This document shows positions 61,125 to 64,000 of a stretch of 64,000 bases of DNA, piece after piece. Source of the DNA: Chloroflexota bacterium. GTDB lineage: Bacteria; Chloroflexota; Limnocylindria; P2-11E. The stretch lies in NCBI GenBank assembly GCA_021787445.1, contig JAJYLV010000001.1, forward strand, positions 6,968 through 70,967. The letters are read 5' to 3'. The position numbers and the translations under genes were made by a program. How positions within the stretch are numbered: position 1 is the first letter of the stretch; each line of letters opens with the position of its first letter. The notes beneath the pieces were generated by a model. The model saw only the letters and a program-made list of their open reading frames with translations. It did not search any database and was not told where the DNA came from.

Positions 61125-61786
61125 AGCGGATCGATCCGCGCGCCCAGCTCGCCTGGCTCGCCGCGATCGTTGCGGGCGCGCTCTTCGCCGGCGCACCCGG
61201 CGTCGCCGCGGCGCTCACGCTGGGCATCGCGGTCCTGGCGCGGAGCGGACGCTTCACGAGGTCGCTCCGCCTCGTCCCCACCGTGCTCCCGCTTGCGGTC
61301 GGCATCGGCCTCCTGGACGCTTTCTCGGGCGATCCCGCCGGCGGCGCCACGGCGGGTGCGCGCATCATCGCCCTCGTCGTGGTCGCCGCCGCGTTCGCCG
61401 CCGTCGCGGATGGCGATGCGCTCGTCGACGCGCTCCGCTGGCTGCGCGTCCCGTTCGACGTGACCTTCGCGCTCGTGACCGGCGCGCGCCTCGTGCCGCT
61501 CGCGGCGGCGGACCTTTCGGACCTCGCCGACACCGCGCGCCTGCGCGGGATCGACATCGACGGCGCGCCGCCGCGCCGGCTCCGATCGTGGGCGCGGCTT
61601 CTCGTCCCCCTCCTTGTGGTCACGGTGCGCCGCGGCCTCCGTCTCGGCGAGGCGATGGAGGTCCGCGCATTCACGGCGGACCGTCCGCGGACGAGGCGAT
61701 CGCGCATGCGATGGCGGCGGCGGGACCTCGTTGCGTTCGGAGGCGCGCTCGTATACCTATCGGCCGTCGTCGTCATGGTCCTTTGA
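61121..61786 (+). CDS. ecfT: ECF transporter transmembrane (T) component of the EcfT/CbiQ family.
   Basis: It has the CbiQ-like topology, with an Arg-rich C-terminal coupling-helix region. The start overlaps the preceding stop as ATGA. Confidence 0.7.
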   Translation: MKRIDPRAQLAWLAAIVAGALFAGAPGVAAALTLGIAVLARSGRFTRSLRLVPTVLPLAVGIGLLDAFSGDPAGGATAGARIIALVVVAAAFAAVADGDALVDALRWLRVPFDVTFALVTGARLVPLAAADLSDLADTARLRGIDIDGAPPRRLRSWARLLVPLLVVTVRRGLRLGEAMEVRAFTADRPRTRRSRMRWRRRDLVAFGGALVYLSAVVVMVL

Positions 61787-61830
61787 CCCAGTCGCGGGCG
61801 CAGAAGGCCGGAGTACGCTCGGGCCGAAAG

Positions 61831-63180
61831 ATGATCGTCCGTGCGCTGTTCCGCGCTGCGCTGGTGACCTGCGTCGCGCTCGGCCTGGCCGGTCTGGCCC
61901 TCGACGGCAGCGCCGCCGCCGCCGCTCAGGGCGGCACGGTCCTCGTCGGCAGCATCAACGGAACGATCGACCCCGTGGCCGCGCGCTACGTCGATCGGGT
62001 CATCTCGGACGGGGAGCAGCAGGACGCGCGCGCGGTCGTGCTGACGATCGACACCCCGGGCGGCGACCTCTTGTCCACCTCCGACATCACCACCCGCATG
62101 CTCAACGCGCGGGTCCCCGTCATCACCTTCGTCTACCCCTCGGGATCGCGCGCCGCGTCGGCCGGCACGTTCATCACCCTCGCCGGCAATGTGGCCGCGA
62201 TGGCGCCTCTGACGAACATCGGCGCGGCGCACCCCGTCGGCTCGAACGGCCAGGACCTGCAGGGGGACGAGCGCACGAAGGCCGTGAACGACGCGGTGGC
62301 GCAGATCCGCAACATCGCGACGGCGAGGGGCCACAACCCCGAGTGGGCGGAGCAGGCCGTCCGCAACAGCGTGAGCATCACCGCCGATGAGGCCGTCTCG
62401 ATGCACGTCGCGGACCTGGAGGCGAGCGACGTGCCCGACCTCCTGCGCAAGGTCGACGGCCGCGAGGTCTCGCTGCCCCAGGGGAAGGTGACGCTCCGAA
62501 CGGCGGGCGCGACGATCGTGGACGACCAGCCGAGCCCCTTCGAGCAGGTGCTCAAGCTCCTCACCGACCCGACCGTGGCCATCATGCTGTTCAGCGTCGG
62601 GACGTACGGGCTGATCTTCGAGCTGGCCAACCCGGGACTCATCTTCCCCGGCGTCATCGGCGTGGTCGCCATCCTTCTCGCGCTCCTCTCGTTCGGCACG
62701 CTCGACGCCAACGCCGCCGGCATGGGGCTCCTCCTGTTCGCGGTGCTCCTCTTCCTCTCGGAGATATGGGTGCCCAGCCACGGCATCCTTACGGCCGGAG
62801 GGATCATCTCGACGATCATCGGGGCGGTCATCCTCTTCCCTCCGGGCCGGCCCACGCTGCCCGGCGGCGAGGTCGGGGTCCCGCCCTCGACGATCGCGGT
62901 CATCGCCGGCATCAGCGGCGTGTTCTTCTTCTTCCTCGCGCGGGTGGGCTTGCGCTACCACGGCCTCCGGCCGATCGCCGACACCTCGGCGCTCGTCGGC
63001 GCGGTCGGGATCGCCAAGAGCGACGTCGATCCCGCCGGTGTCGTTCACGTCGGCAACGAGGACTGGAGCGCCCGGAGCGAGGCCGGCGGCATCCACATCG
63101 GAGACAAGGTCACCGTTCGCGCCGTCGAAGGCATCCGGCTCGTGGTCACGCGTGCGCCAGAGGGAAAGGAAGGGTCCTGA
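61831..63180 (+). CDS. nfeD: NfeD-family membrane-bound ClpP-class serine protease (stomatin operon partner).
   Basis: A signal/TM segment is followed by a ClpP-like domain (IDTPGGDLLSTSDI...SRAASAGTFITLAG), a multi-TM region and a C-terminal OB-fold (VVHVGNEDWSARS). The start is the ATG at 61831. Track ORF 60910-63180 has an upstream run-on. Confidence 0.75.
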   Translation: MIVRALFRAALVTCVALGLAGLALDGSAAAAAQGGTVLVGSINGTIDPVAARYVDRVISDGEQQDARAVVLTIDTPGGDLLSTSDITTRMLNARVPVITFVYPSGSRAASAGTFITLAGNVAAMAPLTNIGAAHPVGSNGQDLQGDERTKAVNDAVAQIRNIATARGHNPEWAEQAVRNSVSITADEAVSMHVADLEASDVPDLLRKVDGREVSLPQGKVTLRTAGATIVDDQPSPFEQVLKLLTDPTVAIMLFSVGTYGLIFELANPGLIFPGVIGVVAILLALLSFGTLDANAAGMGLLLFAVLLFLSEIWVPSHGILTAGGIISTIIGAVILFPPGRPTLPGGEVGVPPSTIAVIAGISGVFFFFLARVGLRYHGLRPIADTSALVGAVGIAKSDVDPAGVVHVGNEDWSARSEAGGIHIGDKVTVRAVEGIRLVVTRAPEGKEGS

Positions 63181-64000
63181 ATGACCGATCTAAGCGGCTT
63201 GATCGTGCTCGTCCTCATCCTGGTCATCGTCATCTTGTTCCTGCGTGCGACGGTCCACATCATTCCCGAATACCAACGCATCGTGGTGTTCTCGTTCGGC
63301 CGTTTCCAGGGGATGGGAGGACCGGGCCTGGTCCTGCTCCTGCCTCCGCCGTTCCAGAGCGTGGCCCAGACGATCGACCTGCGCGAGTTCGTGGTCGAGA
63401 TCCCGCAGCAGACCTGCATCACGCAGGACAACGCGCCGATCGCCGTCGACTTCCTCATCTACCAGAGGGTCCTGGTCGAGCAGGCGAAGGACTCCTTCCT
63501 CAACATCCAGAACTTCCGGCAGGCCATCAACGGGATCGCGACGACGACGCTGCGCTCGGTCATCGGCAACATCCCGCTCGACGACGTCCTCTCCAAGCGC
63601 GAGCAGATCAACGAGGCCCTTCGCATCAAGCTCGACGAGGTCACGCACCGCTGGGGCATGAAGGTGACGAATGTCGAGATCAAGGAGATCGTCCCGCCTC
63701 GCGACATCCAGGACGCCATGAACCGGCAGATGTCGGCAGAGCGCAACCGGCGCGCGGCCATCCTCGAGGCCGAGGGGAAGAAGCAGTCCGCGATCCTCGT
63801 TGCGGAGGGCGACAAGCAGTCGCACATCCTCCAGGCGGAGGGTCAGCGGCAGGCGCAGCTCCTGCACGCGGAGGGCTTCGCGCTCGCGCTCGACAAGATC
63901 AACGAGGCCGCCGGACACGCCGACCCGCGGACGATGACGCTCCAGTACCTCGAGGCCCTCAAGCAGCTCGGCGCGTCGCCCGCGACGAAGCTCGTGATCC
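63181..64000 (+). CDS. SPFH/band-7 (stomatin-like) protein. The 5' part is present and the gene continues past the window end.
   Basis: An N-terminal TM helix is followed by IVPEYQRIVVFSFGRFQGMGGPGLVLLLP ... VDFLIYQRV ... RSVIGNIPLDDVLSKREQIN ... VEIKEIVPPRDIQDAM. The ATG at 63181 lies behind a GGAAAGGAAGGG ribosome-binding site. It is not in the ORF track because it has no stop. Confidence 0.8.
   Translation, partial: MTDLSGLIVLVLILVIVILFLRATVHIIPEYQRIVVFSFGRFQGMGGPGLVLLLPPPFQSVAQTIDLREFVVEIPQQTCITQDNAPIAVDFLIYQRVLVEQAKDSFLNIQNFRQAINGIATTTLRSVIGNIPLDDVLSKREQINEALRIKLDEVTHRWGMKVTNVEIKEIVPPRDIQDAMNRQMSAERNRRAAILEAEGKKQSAILVAEGDKQSHILQAEGQRQAQLLHAEGFALALDKINEAAGHADPRTMTLQYLEALKQLGASPATKLVI

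Overview
The window is a very high-GC bacterial chromosomal segment (Actinobacteria-like codon usage with strongly GC-rich third codon positions). It is gene-dense, has many 4-nt start/stop overlaps (ATGA, GTGA), and shows no sign of a mobile element or CRISPR array.

Major content, left to right:
- Secreted hydrolase genes: a GH99/WbsX-like lipoprotein, a pectate-lyase-superfamily beta-helix lipoprotein and a peptidase G1 (eqolisin).
- yjjX-like NTPase, a DUF2721 membrane protein and CvpA.
- A selenocysteine decoding module: DUF4446, lipid kinase, selA, ridA, a 49-aa micro-ORF and selB.
- pepA, a UvrD-family helicase with a C-terminal Cas4/RecB-like 4-Cys nuclease, an MFS transporter, and rmuC preceded by a GAAC-N4-GTTC SOS box.
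- A D-aminoacylase, DUF1611 protein and Ala-Glu epimerase cluster.
- A Lit-like membrane protein, then an orphan response-regulator/ParA (CpaE-like) ATPase, then murI and ychF.
- paiB, a pfkB-family kinase, an orphan substrate-binding lipoprotein, a class-A beta-lactamase-like protein and an FtsB-like protein.
- Initiator tRNA-fMet, an XRE regulator, a second CAT-anticodon tRNA abutting tilS, and ftsH.
- thpR followed by a candidate NHLP/Nif11-like leader peptide. This peptide gene converges, with a 3-nt gap, on a two-gene minus-strand unit encoding a SprT-like HExxH protein and a protein with two cNMP-binding domains plus an M50 membrane protease domain. I rate this the most unusual locus in the window.
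- A tryptophan T-box riboswitch with an attenuator, controlling a fused trpE(G), trpD, trpC, trpB, trpA, aroH, DAHP synthase, tyrA and an LLM-class oxidoreductase.
- Convergent aroA and a PIG-V-like glycosyltransferase, a Cys-containing secreted hypothetical protein, and an MFS pseudogene fragment.
- An ABC-2 exporter, arsC, an isochorismatase-like hydrolase and a polysaccharide deacetylase.
- A TPP riboswitch controlling thiD, thiM, thiE, thiW and ECF-type ATPase and T components.
- An NfeD/SPFH pair that runs off the end of the window.

Several conserved genes appear to initiate at CTG or ATC codons that sit behind good Shine-Dalgarno sequences.

All functional calls come from motif recognition by eye in the translated ORFs; no database search was run.
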